From contig JAJDCH010000010.1 of assembly GCA_029260905.1 (NCBI GenBank), forward strand, positions 13,027 to 77,026: a stretch of DNA of 64,000 nucleotides, read 5' to 3'. Positions 18,798 to 28,317 of this stretch are shown here, piece after piece. Every line of letters begins with the position of its first letter. The first letter of the stretch is position 1. Source of the stretch: Candidatus Levyibacteriota bacterium (GTDB lineage Bacteria > Patescibacteriota > Microgenomatia > Levybacterales > UBA12049). The notes below the pieces were generated by a model that saw only the letters and a list, made by a program, of their open reading frames with translations, was not told the DNA's origin and made no database searches. The translations under genes were made by a program, and so were the position numbers.

Positions 18798-19391
18798 ATG
18801 AGCAATTTGAAAGAAGGAGGATTAGCAAGTCCAGAAAGAAGAAAACCACCAATATTGACGCTTGGTCAATTAAGAATAGGAGATAAGATTGCAATTAGTG
18901 AATCAACAGCTTATCTTCTAAGAATTGCAGGTAGCATTGGCGCAGCAAGTCCTGAAGATGCTGTGCAAGAAGCTTTGGCTAAGTCGCTTAAGCCTTTGGG
19001 AAGAAAAAGTGAAAAAGATTTTGTTGATTATGGAGGTGACATAACGCCTTATCTTATAACTGCAATTAGAAGTGTTGTGATTCAAGGAGGTCGTGATGTG
19101 GCAAAAGGAGTCAAGACAGTAGATACGCCAATTGAGGATCTGCATTTTGTATCTGATCCTGGACAAGATGTTGCAGAACAAGTTGTTGATAGATTGGATG
19201 GAAGTGGGGTTGTTTCTGCTTTGACAAATGGAGAAATAGACCCGAAAATGTTAAAAGTTTTGGCTTTAAATGCAGAAGGGTATTCATATAAAGAAATAGC
19301 AGCAGAGTTGAACATTCCTATTGGCACTGTGATGAGCAGGCTTAGCAGAGGACGGGCTCATGCTAGAAGAATTCTTGAAAAGGTAGCATAA
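18798..19391 (+). CDS. ECF-type sigma-70 factor-like protein
   Basis: Region 2-like 'EDAVQEA' and region 4 'GYSYKEIAAELNIPIGTVMSRLSRGR'. Confidence 0.8.
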   Translation: MSNLKEGGLASPERRKPPILTLGQLRIGDKIAISESTAYLLRIAGSIGAASPEDAVQEALAKSLKPLGRKSEKDFVDYGGDITPYLITAIRSVVIQGGRDVAKGVKTVDTPIEDLHFVSDPGQDVAEQVVDRLDGSGVVSALTNGEIDPKMLKVLALNAEGYSYKEIAAELNIPIGTVMSRLSRGRAHARRILEKVA

Positions 19392-19543
19392 ATATTATGA
19401 CAGATCATAAAGATATGGATGTGCTTAGTACAAAAAAGATTCTATGTGATAAGCTTATAAAAAAGTGATTATTTTACAGTTCAATATCGACTAAGCAGGG
19501 ATGGGTAACAGGCTTAGGCTTTCTTGAAATATTTTTTTAATTT

Positions 19544-20026
19544 ATGACTCCGGAGAATTTGCCAAGTATAACACAAGAGCTTGAGAAAAGGGGATGTGGC
19601 GAAAGATTATTTGGAAAAATAATTTTGGGAATTTCTGGAGTTACTGATATTTTATCTGAAAAAAAGAGAGAGTTTAATCGTAATAATTTTCCAAGAAGGG
19701 CAGAAATTCCTGATGTTGCAAATAAGAATGTCAAGAAAGACACTCTTGATGTAATCAGGCATGGAATCGTGGAAACCAGTTTGGGGTGGGATTATTCTGA
19801 TAGTAAGGTTGGGCAACTTAGTGTAATAAATCACAGTGCAATAATCATCTCTGTTAATATTAATTCGGGAACTATTTCTATACAAGGAGAAGGGCTGCAG
19901 GAGATAGAAAGAGAGAAATGGGAGAGTAGAGAGGGATATCAAATTTTAAATGATGCAATAGGAGAAGCAATGTTAAAGCCATGTCATTTCAGCTGGCCAC
20001 CCAGAAGTATAGGACAAAGGACTTAA
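19544..20026 (+). CDS. hypothetical protein
   Basis: 160-aa orphan ORF. Confidence 0.6.
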   Translation: MTPENLPSITQELEKRGCGERLFGKIILGISGVTDILSEKKREFNRNNFPRRAEIPDVANKNVKKDTLDVIRHGIVETSLGWDYSDSKVGQLSVINHSAIIISVNINSGTISIQGEGLQEIEREKWESREGYQILNDAIGEAMLKPCHFSWPPRSIGQRT

Positions 20027-20035
20027 ATTAAGGTA

Positions 20036-21232
20036 CTAATTTTTAATTTTATCTATTATTTCCTCAATACTTGCTTCTTCTTGCTCTCTGGTATTCATAT
20101 TTTTTAACATTAGCACATTCTTTTCAACCTCTTTTGGACCAAGCACCAAGACAAAGGGAATAGCTTTTTTATCAGCGTATTTGAGTTGTTTTTCCATCTT
20201 AGTTTCAGGATTAAGCCAAAGCTCAGTATTTATATTTTCTGCGCGAAGAAAAGATGCGATTTCTGCTGACTTATCTGCGTGTTCTAAATCAAAAATTGTG
20301 ACAAGTACTTTTGTTTTGTTAAGATCATCTGGAAAAAGATTAAGCTCAGTCATCGCCTCAATTATTCGATCAAAACCAAATGAAAAACCAACAGCCGGGA
20401 AGTCCTGATTTGAGAACATTCCAATTAAATTATCATATCGTCCTCCGCCACCCAATGATCCAGCAGGATAATCTGGGGATTCGACCTCAATTATTGTTCC
20501 AGTATAGTAGTCAAGACCGCGAGCTAAAGTGGGGGAGAATTGAAGTTTTTCGCGGTCTATACCCATTCTAGTTGCAACTTTTATAGTTAGATCTAGTGAT
20601 TCTGAGGGTAGTGTATTTTGAATTTTATCAAGAATTTGTGGGTCAAATCCTGCTTTTTCTAGTTCTATCTTTACATTTTCTGCTCCTATTTTTTTTAGCT
20701 TATCAATTATGGTTATTGCCCTTTGTGGAATATTTGAAAATGTAGAACGGTCATTTAGAAGGATTTTAAAGTTTTTAAATCCCAATTTTTCAAAAGCATT
20801 GGTAGCAATTGCTATTATTTCAGCATCAGCTGAATTTTTGTCTGATCCGATTGTATCAATATCGCACTGGAGAAACTCACGGTATCTACCCTTTTGGGGC
20901 TTATCTGCCCTGAAAACAGATTGGATTTGATATCTCTTGAAGGGAAGAGAGATTTCGTTTTGATACTCAGCTATAACTCTTGCCAAAGGAACGGTCTGAT
21001 CATATCTGAGGGCGACTCGGCGACCGCCATTGTCTTCAAATCGATACATCAGCTTATCGCCTTCATCTCCATATTTTCCAGTAAGAATCTCTTCGTACTC
21101 TAGAGTGGGTGTTTCTAAGGGCTCAAAACCGTAGGATTCAAAAACAGATCTGAGGGTTTGGATAACAAACTGCCTTTTTTTGGCCATGACGGGGAGAAAA
21201 TCTCTAAAACCTTTTAGTGTCTGCGGTTTCAT
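20036..21232 (-). CDS. hisS: histidine--tRNA ligase
   Basis: 'LRYDQTVP', 'PQKGRYREFLQCDID', 'ARGLDYYTG', 'GGGRYD'. Confidence 0.97.
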   Translation of the reverse strand: MKPQTLKGFRDFLPVMAKKRQFVIQTLRSVFESYGFEPLETPTLEYEEILTGKYGDEGDKLMYRFEDNGGRRVALRYDQTVPLARVIAEYQNEISLPFKRYQIQSVFRADKPQKGRYREFLQCDIDTIGSDKNSADAEIIAIATNAFEKLGFKNFKILLNDRSTFSNIPQRAITIIDKLKKIGAENVKIELEKAGFDPQILDKIQNTLPSESLDLTIKVATRMGIDREKLQFSPTLARGLDYYTGTIIEVESPDYPAGSLGGGGRYDNLIGMFSNQDFPAVGFSFGFDRIIEAMTELNLFPDDLNKTKVLVTIFDLEHADKSAEIASFLRAENINTELWLNPETKMEKQLKYADKKAIPFVLVLGPKEVEKNVLMLKNMNTREQEEASIEEIIDKIKN

Positions 21233-21262
21233 GTTTTTATTTTAACACAAACAAAGTATGTT

Positions 21263-22372
21263 TTATATTTCAACAAGCTCTCGTGGTGAGTGGGTGATTT
21301 GTTCTAGTTTATTATTTTGGATTGCGAAGATGTCTTCGATGCGGATGCCAAATTTGCCCTGCAGGTAGATTCCTGGCTCGATTGAGAAAACCATACCTTC
21401 TGCTAGTTTATCTTTTGAATTTGGGGAAAGTCTTGGGTTTTCATGCACTTGAAGTCCAATTCCATGACCAAGTGAGTGAGGGATGGTCGGGAAGCTGTTT
21501 TTTGTGATGTGGTCACGAGCAGCTTTGTCTGGGCTTGAGGCCTTAGGCCCTCCTACCTTAGAGGTTATAAGTGTTAAGTTATGAGTTATAAGTTCGATTG
21601 CTGTGTTTTGTGATGTGAGAACTGTCTCATAGGCTTTTTTTTGCTCGCTGTCTGCTTTTCCGAAAAAGATGGTTCTTGTCATGTCAGAGCAGTAGTTGTT
21701 TAGCTTCACTCCAAAATCCATAAGTATGAAAGTGTTTTTCTTTAAGCGTTTATTTGTCGGTTTGTGATGGGGGTGGGCTGCATTCTCACCAAAAGCGACA
21801 ATTGTCGCGAAAGAAGGATCAACGCAGTTTATTCCCATCAGATTTTCTATTTCATAGGCCAGTCTTTTTTCTGTAACTCCTGTCTTTAAAACTGAGAGAA
21901 TTTGAGAATAAATTTTATCACCCATCTGGCAAGCTTTTTTGATAAATTCAATTTCGCTTTTGTCTTTTATTAATCTTAATTTTTCAACCAGTAAAGCTGG
22001 AATTAAATTTTTCTTGTCTATATTTTTGAAAAGATTTTCGTATTCAAAAACAGTCATGTCAGCTGATTCAAAACCAAGCGTTTTTATTTTGTGTTTTTTT
22101 ATCAGTTTTTCCAATTGCTCACCTGTTGGATTGTCGCGTGATGTTTGGATCAGTTTAAAATTTTTGATTGCCTTCTTGACAGCCTCCTTGTAAATTCCAT
22201 GTGTGAAAATGTATTGATCAGTTTTTGTTATCAGCAAAAAAGCGTCGCGGTCTTCATTGCTGAATCCTGAAAAGTTAGTTAGATAGGTGATATTTGGGAT
22301 GCTAGATATAAAAATCGCATCAAGATTTTTTACTGCAATTAGCCTTTTTATTTTTTTGAGGCGATTATCCAT
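21263..22372 (-). CDS. Xaa-Pro aminopeptidase (M24B)
   Basis: 'DFG...YCSDMTRT', 'HSLGHGIGLQVHE', 'SIEPGIY', 'GIRIED'. Confidence 0.92.
   Translation of the reverse strand: MDNRLKKIKRLIAVKNLDAIFISSIPNITYLTNFSGFSNEDRDAFLLITKTDQYIFTHGIYKEAVKKAIKNFKLIQTSRDNPTGEQLEKLIKKHKIKTLGFESADMTVFEYENLFKNIDKKNLIPALLVEKLRLIKDKSEIEFIKKACQMGDKIYSQILSVLKTGVTEKRLAYEIENLMGINCVDPSFATIVAFGENAAHPHHKPTNKRLKKNTFILMDFGVKLNNYCSDMTRTIFFGKADSEQKKAYETVLTSQNTAIELITHNLTLITSKVGGPKASSPDKAARDHITKNSFPTIPHSLGHGIGLQVHENPRLSPNSKDKLAEGMVFSIEPGIYLQGKFGIRIEDIFAIQNNKLEQITHSPRELVEI
21564..21594. repeat. in-frame heptamer array inside the M24 peptidase gene
   Basis: gttataa gtgttaa gttatga gttataa gtt. Confidence 0.65.
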
Positions 22373-23160
22373 TATGGAATTTTTGTTGGAACAGGTGTTG
22401 AAACCTTTATTGGTTTTGTAGGTTCAATTGATGGCTCAGGAATGGATATATTTATAAGAGGATTTGCTGGGACATCGGAAAAAATTGTTACGCGATCTGA
22501 TACCAAGAGGCTTGCATCATCCTTATCAGGGAATCCAATTGCTGTAAGTCGGTTGCCAACTTCAACATCAGAAAATCCTATATCTTCTAACTCGTCATCA
22601 TTAATTAAGTAAGAGGCTATGTCTGTGCTGGTTACAATATCAAGTTTGATTGTCTTTCCATCCTCCTTTGCAAGTGTGATGATAAAGTTTTTACTATCAA
22701 TGTCTGTTATGGTACCTCTTACAAATGTCGGATCAACTGTCACATCAACGAAGCGTGCTAAAAGTCTCTTGGTTTGTTTATTAAAAAGACCAAGCGCTCT
22801 TACGCTCATTCCTTTTTTAAGATCAGAGAATCCAAAAGAATCTTCATCGGGGGATGTAAATTTTGTTATTTCATCAACATCAACAAATTTTGAATTTCCA
22901 TTTTGATCCTTGAGGGTAATTTTGCTTGCTGATAGTTCTGTTATCACACCAATAGTTCCTCTTTTTTCGACTAAATTTAATTTAGATACATTTGATGCTA
23001 TTTTGTCTTTTAGCTCATTTATCTGCTCGCCAATTTTTTCATTTATTATATTGTTTGATGGAGCAGCGGTAGGTGATTCATCGGATGACGCAACAGCTAT
23101 TTGTGCAAAGGCAAAACAAAAGATTGTCAGAATTGAAAATATTTTAAGCGTTTTCTTCAT
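22372..23160 (-). CDS. secreted protein with two OB-fold-like (DUF5666-like) repeats
   Basis: Signal peptide; repeated 'G.IT.....I' and 'FSDL/V..G' units. Confidence 0.6.
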   Translation of the reverse strand: MKKTLKIFSILTIFCFAFAQIAVASSDESPTAAPSNNIINEKIGEQINELKDKIASNVSKLNLVEKRGTIGVITELSASKITLKDQNGNSKFVDVDEITKFTSPDEDSFGFSDLKKGMSVRALGLFNKQTKRLLARFVDVTVDPTFVRGTITDIDSKNFIITLAKEDGKTIKLDIVTSTDIASYLINDDELEDIGFSDVEVGNRLTAIGFPDKDDASLLVSDRVTIFSDVPANPLINISIPEPSIEPTKPIKVSTPVPTKIP

Positions 23161-23162
23161 AA

Positions 23163-23588
23163 CTAGAACTCCTCAGTTGTAAATGTGACTGTTCTTGTTT
23201 CCTGTTTTTCTCGACCGTCTTCAAAAATTGCTGTAATATACATTATACTAGTTCCTTGAGGAATTGTTTGGGTTGCCGTGAAATTTCCGTTTGATGCTGG
23301 TTTTATTACTTCATCAGAATCCTCAGTAGATATTTGGATAATAGCACCTGGTGTTGTTTTGCCTGAAATTGTGACAAGTCTCTTGCTAAATACCTCTTCG
23401 TCTTTTGGGCTTTGAATGACAAGTATGTTTGTGTCTTCTGGAGTTGGTGTAGGATTTAAAGATTCAATTGCTTTTTTGTTTTCCTCAGGCACAATCTGAG
23501 TAAGTTGATAGATGTAGAAAGCTCCTCCGGCAGCAATAAGCCCGATTAATACAGCGACAAAGGAGAGTACAATTTTTTCTGCTTTCAT
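23163..23588 (-). CDS. membrane-anchored Ig-like domain protein
   Basis: N-terminal TM, PTPTP linker, 'SPKD...VTISGKT...GNF'. Confidence 0.65.
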   Translation of the reverse strand: MKAEKIVLSFVAVLIGLIAAGGAFYIYQLTQIVPEENKKAIESLNPTPTPEDTNILVIQSPKDEEVFSKRLVTISGKTTPGAIIQISTEDSDEVIKPASNGNFTATQTIPQGTSIMYITAIFEDGREKQETRTVTFTTEEF

Positions 23589-23715
23589 ATAGTTTAGTTT
23601 AGCCCTTTAAATTAACAAAAATAAATTCAATACTGCACGGGGTCAGGTCAGTGCGGGTGTTTTTTATGATACGATAATTGTGATCTCTTGTCAAGAAATA
23701 TAGATTTATGTTAGT

Positions 23716-24195
23716 ATGAGTTTCATGGAAATATCTATTGTTGCAAAATCAAAACTCAACCTCAAGGGCAAAAATGCAAGCATTTCAGTGACAGAAGGCG
23801 AGAGGGGATTTCTACTTGCGCCTCAGGATGTAGAGATGGAAATAAATGGACCAGGTGAGTATGAAATAGCTGGTGTAAAAGTTTCAGGAACAGCAGCAGT
23901 TCCAGATACTGTTTATGATTTTAAAATTGATGGTATTGTTGTGATGCTTGGAAAAATTGGATCTCTTTTTAAATTCCACCAAAAATTAAAAGAAGCAAAC
24001 ATATTGATTGTTTCCTGTGATGAGGATATGGAAATTGGCTTTATTACATCAATTGTTTCAAACGTGATTATTTTTACAGGTGATAAGGCAAAAGAGCTTA
24101 GTAAAAAGTTTGGCAAAGAATCATTAAGCATGTCCAAGTATCAGACAAAACTTGAAAAGTTACCCGCTGAAATTGAAACAATTATATTGGAGTAG
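23716..24195 (+). CDS. degenerate metallo-beta-lactamase-fold protein
   Basis: 'INGPGEYEIAGV' motif; metal-binding His residues not evident. Confidence 0.6.
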   Translation: MSFMEISIVAKSKLNLKGKNASISVTEGERGFLLAPQDVEMEINGPGEYEIAGVKVSGTAAVPDTVYDFKIDGIVVMLGKIGSLFKFHQKLKEANILIVSCDEDMEIGFITSIVSNVIIFTGDKAKELSKKFGKESLSMSKYQTKLEKLPAEIETIILE

Positions 24196-24204
24196 AAATG
24201 AGTT

Positions 24205-25536
24205 ATGGCAGGAAAAACTCTCCCCAACAGTATTGATGCCGAAAGATCGGTTTTAGGCGCAATTGTCATCGATAAAGATGCGATAATTGGTGTTTCTGAA
24301 ATTCTCAAGCCAAGCGACTTTTATAGCGACCTTAATGGGATTATTTATAGCGCTATGATGGTGCTTTATGAAGAAAGAAAGCCAATTGATCTTCTGACTC
24401 TTACTGACCAGCTAAAAAAAGATAAAAAACTAAAAAAAGTAGATTCATCTTATCTTACAGATTTGGTTGAGGAAGTGCCAAGCGCTGCCAATGCAACTGA
24501 GTATGCAAAGATAATACGGGAAAATTCAACAAAGAGATCTCTGATAAAAGCAAGCATGGAAATATCTGATATTGCCCATGAAGAAAACATTAATACAAAA
24601 GAGGTCTTGGACAGAGCTGAATCTGCGATTTTTTCAATATCGCAGGGTCATTTATCTCGTGGATTTATCGCAATTAAAGAAACACTAACTGAGAGCTTTG
24701 ATAGAATTGATGAATTGCAGAAAACTGGTGAGGGAATGCGAGGCGTGAGAACAGGTTTTGCTGATCTTGACAAGATTTTGTCTGGAATGCAAAAATCCAA
24801 TTTGATTATTCTTGCAGCACGTCCTGGTCAGGGAAAAACAGCAATGGTTCTTAATATCGCACAAGCAATAGCCTCAAGGGACAAAAAGCCGGTTGGGATT
24901 TTTTCACTTGAAATGAGTAAGGAAGAGCTGGTTGACCGTCTGCTTATTGCTGAATCAGATGTGGATGCTTGGAAGCTAAAGACGGGACAACTAAACGATG
25001 ATGACTTTTCCAATTTATCAAGCGCCATGGGATCTCTTGCTGAAGCGCCTCTTTTTATTGATGATACACCAGGCCTGTCACTAACTGAGATGAGGAGTAA
25101 GGCCAGAAGGCTTCAGCTTGAGCATAACTTGTCACTTCTTATTGTTGATTATTTACAGCTTGTTGAACCAGGAAGACGTTATGACAGTAGGGTTCAGGAG
25201 GTCTCAATGGTTTCACAAGCTCTTAAAAACCTAGCGCGTGAGTTAAATATTCCAGTTCTTGCTGCATCACAGCTTAATAGATCAGTTGAGCATAGGGGTG
25301 GGGAGAAGAGGCCGCAACTTGCTGATCTTCGTGAAAGTGGGGCTATAGAGCAGGATGCTGACGTCGTGATGTTTCTTTATAGACCCGATGCAGAAGCAAC
25401 GGGAACACATATTCCAACCAAGCTTCTTATCGCCAAACACAGAAATGGTCCAACAGGTGAGATAGATCTTCTTTTCCGCGGAAACCGCATCCGCTTCCAG
25501 GATGTTGAGAAGAAAAGAGAGAATGAAAATAAATAA
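24205..25536 (+). CDS. dnaB: replicative DNA helicase
   Basis: 'AARPGQGKT', 'FSLEMS', 'IVDYLQL', 'DLRESGAIEQDAD', 'KHRNGPTG'. Confidence 0.97.
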   Translation: MAGKTLPNSIDAERSVLGAIVIDKDAIIGVSEILKPSDFYSDLNGIIYSAMMVLYEERKPIDLLTLTDQLKKDKKLKKVDSSYLTDLVEEVPSAANATEYAKIIRENSTKRSLIKASMEISDIAHEENINTKEVLDRAESAIFSISQGHLSRGFIAIKETLTESFDRIDELQKTGEGMRGVRTGFADLDKILSGMQKSNLIILAARPGQGKTAMVLNIAQAIASRDKKPVGIFSLEMSKEELVDRLLIAESDVDAWKLKTGQLNDDDFSNLSSAMGSLAEAPLFIDDTPGLSLTEMRSKARRLQLEHNLSLLIVDYLQLVEPGRRYDSRVQEVSMVSQALKNLARELNIPVLAASQLNRSVEHRGGEKRPQLADLRESGAIEQDADVVMFLYRPDAEATGTHIPTKLLIAKHRNGPTGEIDLLFRGNRIRFQDVEKKRENENK

Positions 25537-26407
25537 AGGAATTATTGCTCTTATACTTCTGGCGCTTATAGCTTCATCAATGGGTTTTTATGCAAGGCAC
25601 TTAAATACTGGTTTTTCTACATTTCAGCAAGTTTATTTAAGAGTTGGAGTCGGGTTTTTGTTTAGTTTGTTTATCTTTGGGTCTGGTATAAATTTTAAAA
25701 AATTAATAAAACTTCCCTTAAAAGAGTGGGGAATTTTGATCTTTCGCGCACTATCTTATTATGTGCTTGGTGTTGGTTTTTTTACAATAGCAATTAACAT
25801 TACAAAATACAGTAATGTTTACTTCATCGCAGCGATGCCTCTGATAGCGTTTTTTGGAGTCTTGATATTTAAAGAAAGAATGACACTAAAAAAGTTATTA
25901 TTTATTCTTACTGCTTTTATGGGAGTTTTATTGATAGGGGTCGATGATTTCTCAAAAATTTTTGAATGGGGAAGGGGAGAGGTCTTAGCGCTTATTTCTG
26001 AAATCGCATTTGCGATTGCCTTCATAACAAGAAGGTGGCAGAGTAATATTTTGACAAACAAAGAAATAACACAGCTAATGCTTTTAATTGCTTTTTTGCT
26101 ATTGATTGGTACATCTTTTTTCCTTGGCGAGGGTTTGATTTCATTTGAATGGAATCTTGCAACTTTTTTGGTTGTGATGGCCTCAGGATTATCGAATACT
26201 TTTTTTGTTTTTCTTTCAAACTATGGATTTAAGCATGTTAAAGCTTTAATCGCGAACAACATCATGATGCTACAGGCAGTATTTGCTTTGATTTTGGGGT
26301 TTGTCATATATAAAGAGATACCAATTCTTAAAGAGCTTGTTGGAGGATTAATAGTTATTTTAAGCGCAATAGCGATAAATAGTTTGGAAAGGAAAAAGAA
26401 GGCTTAG
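25523..26407 (+). CDS. EamA/DMT family transporter
   Basis: About 10 TM helices in two repeats; 'FKER' and 'YKE' motifs. Confidence 0.85.
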   Translation: MKINKGIIALILLALIASSMGFYARHLNTGFSTFQQVYLRVGVGFLFSLFIFGSGINFKKLIKLPLKEWGILIFRALSYYVLGVGFFTIAINITKYSNVYFIAAMPLIAFFGVLIFKERMTLKKLLFILTAFMGVLLIGVDDFSKIFEWGRGEVLALISEIAFAIAFITRRWQSNILTNKEITQLMLLIAFLLLIGTSFFLGEGLISFEWNLATFLVVMASGLSNTFFVFLSNYGFKHVKALIANNIMMLQAVFALILGFVIYKEIPILKELVGGLIVILSAIAINSLERKKKA

Positions 26408-26502
26408 GTGTTTTCTATAGCCTCAGCTAGAAAATGGGGTTTATCTGATTGTAGCTCTTCTGATCCAATGTAATTAAAAGCTTTAATAAATAAGATATCC
26501 TT

Positions 26503-26534
26503 AAGAGGAGCCGATTTATCGACTCCTCTTTTTT
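26503..26534 (+). terminator. intrinsic terminator between convergent genes
   Basis: aagaggag-c-cga-ttta-tcg-a-ctcctctt followed by a T run. Confidence 0.75.
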
Positions 26535-26560
26535 CTTTCAAATTTTCAATAAATCCTAAA

Positions 26561-26884
26561 CTACTGAGTAGGATTTGGATTGTTTGGATCCTGAGCTGGT
26601 GCTTCAGGCATACCATCTGTTGGCGGTGTTGAATCACCACCTGGTACTTCTGGCGTAGCTGGTGCTGGCGCTTCAACAGGTGTTGCTGGCTGCTCAGAAG
26701 GCGTACCTGGCTCGGGTGTTGGCATTCCTGTGTCCACATCTCCTACTGGAGGAGTGGGTGTAGGTGCGCTTGGTTCTGGAGTTCCTCCTCCGAATCCGCC
26801 TGTTGGTTGTCCTGGATCTGCTGGCGCAGTAGGTGCTGGATCTTGAGTTGGTACTCCTCCTTGGTTGTTATTTTGATCGTCCAT
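26561..26884 (-). CDS. small acidic Pro/Thr/Gly-rich disordered protein
   Basis: Strong SD (AAGGGAGGTGA) just upstream of ATG; low-complexity 107 aa. Confidence 0.7.
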   Translation of the reverse strand: MDDQNNNQGGVPTQDPAPTAPADPGQPTGGFGGGTPEPSAPTPTPPVGDVDTGMPTPEPGTPSEQPATPVEAPAPATPEVPGGDSTPPTDGMPEAPAQDPNNPNPTQ

Positions 26885-26992
26885 ATAATCACCTCCCTTC
26901 TTTTTGGGTTCTATTTTATACTAGATATAAAAAATTGATATGTCAATGATGGGGGGACAAAACAAGTGATAAATGCTAAAATTAAGATAAGA

Positions 26993-28261
26993 ATGCTTCA
27001 AAAAATTAAGAAATTTTTCTATTTTCCTGTTGCATCATATTTTCGATTTTTTGCAAAAATACGTTTGCGAAGATGGAACCCGAAAATTATTGTAGTCACA
27101 GGATCAAACGGAAAAACAACCCTTCTCCACATGCTTGATGCTCAGATTGGGGATAGGGCTTTGTATTCATATCATGCAAATAGCAGTTTTGGAGTGCCAT
27201 TTGATGTTTTGGATTTGCACCGCATGAGTCTTTTGAGAAAAGAATGGTTTTGGCTTATTTTTAAAGCTCCCATTCATGCTTTCAAAAAATCTCCAAAACA
27301 AGAAATATATATAGTAGAGGCAGACTGTGACAGAGCAGGAGAAGGAAGATTTTTGGCAGAATTTTTAAGACCAGATGTTTGCTTGTGGGTTAGTGTTTCC
27401 AAAACACATGCATTGGGATTTGAAGATTCAGTTGGTAAAAAATTTGAAACAGTAGAAGAGGCAATAGCTTTTGAGTATGGATATTTTCTAGAATACTGCA
27501 AAGGCTTTGCAGTAATTGATGGGGGATCAGTGCTCATGAAGAGTCAGGCAGAAAGAACCACAGCTGATGTCATAGAAGTATCAAGAGATGTTTTAACCAG
27601 TTATAGAGTAGATAATGATGGTACAAGATTTGAAATAGGTGGTATGAAATATTTTCTATCCGCGCTTTTGCCTGATGTTAGTTTTGTTTCAATTTTGATG
27701 TGTTTAAAAGTGGCAAATTTTCTTGGAATTCCTTTTGATAGCAAATTTTCAAATTTTAAAAACCCACCTGGTAGGGGATCAATATTTGATGGGGTAAAAG
27801 ATATCACAATTATTGATAGTAGTTATAATGCAAATCCCAAGTCTATATCTGCTACTCTTTCTATGTTTAGTAAATTTGAAGGAATTGATAAGTTTTTAGT
27901 AATTGGTGATATGCTTGAAATGGGAAATTCTGAAAAAACTGAACATGAGAAACTTGCTGATGAAATTGCAAAGTATAAATTTAAAAAAATATTTTATCTA
28001 GGGCCACGCATTAAGAAATATACAGTTCCTAAATTGAAAAATTTACTTGGAGATAAAATATTTGTTAGTGGATCAGAAAATCCTGCTGAGGTTTTGAAAA
28101 TCTTAAAAGATAATATAAAGGGGAGAGAGATAATACTTTTTAAAGGCGCGCGTTTTATGGAGGGAATAATTGAGAATCTTTTAAAAAATAAATCCGACAT
28201 CCAAAAGCTTCCCAGACGCGAAAAGATCTGGGATAAAAGAAGAAAAGCTTTCGGGCTTTAA
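26993..28261 (+). CDS. murF: MurF-like Mur ligase
   Basis: 'VTGSNGKTT', 'IIDSSYNANP', 'GDMLEMG', 'LFKGAR'. Confidence 0.8.
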   Translation: MLQKIKKFFYFPVASYFRFFAKIRLRRWNPKIIVVTGSNGKTTLLHMLDAQIGDRALYSYHANSSFGVPFDVLDLHRMSLLRKEWFWLIFKAPIHAFKKSPKQEIYIVEADCDRAGEGRFLAEFLRPDVCLWVSVSKTHALGFEDSVGKKFETVEEAIAFEYGYFLEYCKGFAVIDGGSVLMKSQAERTTADVIEVSRDVLTSYRVDNDGTRFEIGGMKYFLSALLPDVSFVSILMCLKVANFLGIPFDSKFSNFKNPPGRGSIFDGVKDITIIDSSYNANPKSISATLSMFSKFEGIDKFLVIGDMLEMGNSEKTEHEKLADEIAKYKFKKIFYLGPRIKKYTVPKLKNLLGDKIFVSGSENPAEVLKILKDNIKGREIILFKGARFMEGIIENLLKNKSDIQKLPRREKIWDKRRKAFGL

Positions 28262-28312
28262 ATTTATAATTTTGAATTTGTTTGTAATTTAGAAATTAAA
28301 GTTTGGTATTTT
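28261..28312. repeat. half copy of the folD-type heptamer element
   Basis: aatttataattttgaatttgtttgtaatttagaaattaaagtttggtattt aligns by eye to one arm of the folD insert. Confidence 0.55.
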
Positions 28313-28317
28313 AATTT

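Noticed and set aside
23629-23666. SRP (4.5S) RNA, suggested by 'gtcaggtc'
   Set aside because: The GGAA tetraloop and AGCAG of helix 8 are absent.
26404-26739. 111-aa minus-strand ORF
   Set aside because: Alternative frame of the Pro-rich gene, which has the SD; it also runs through the terminator.
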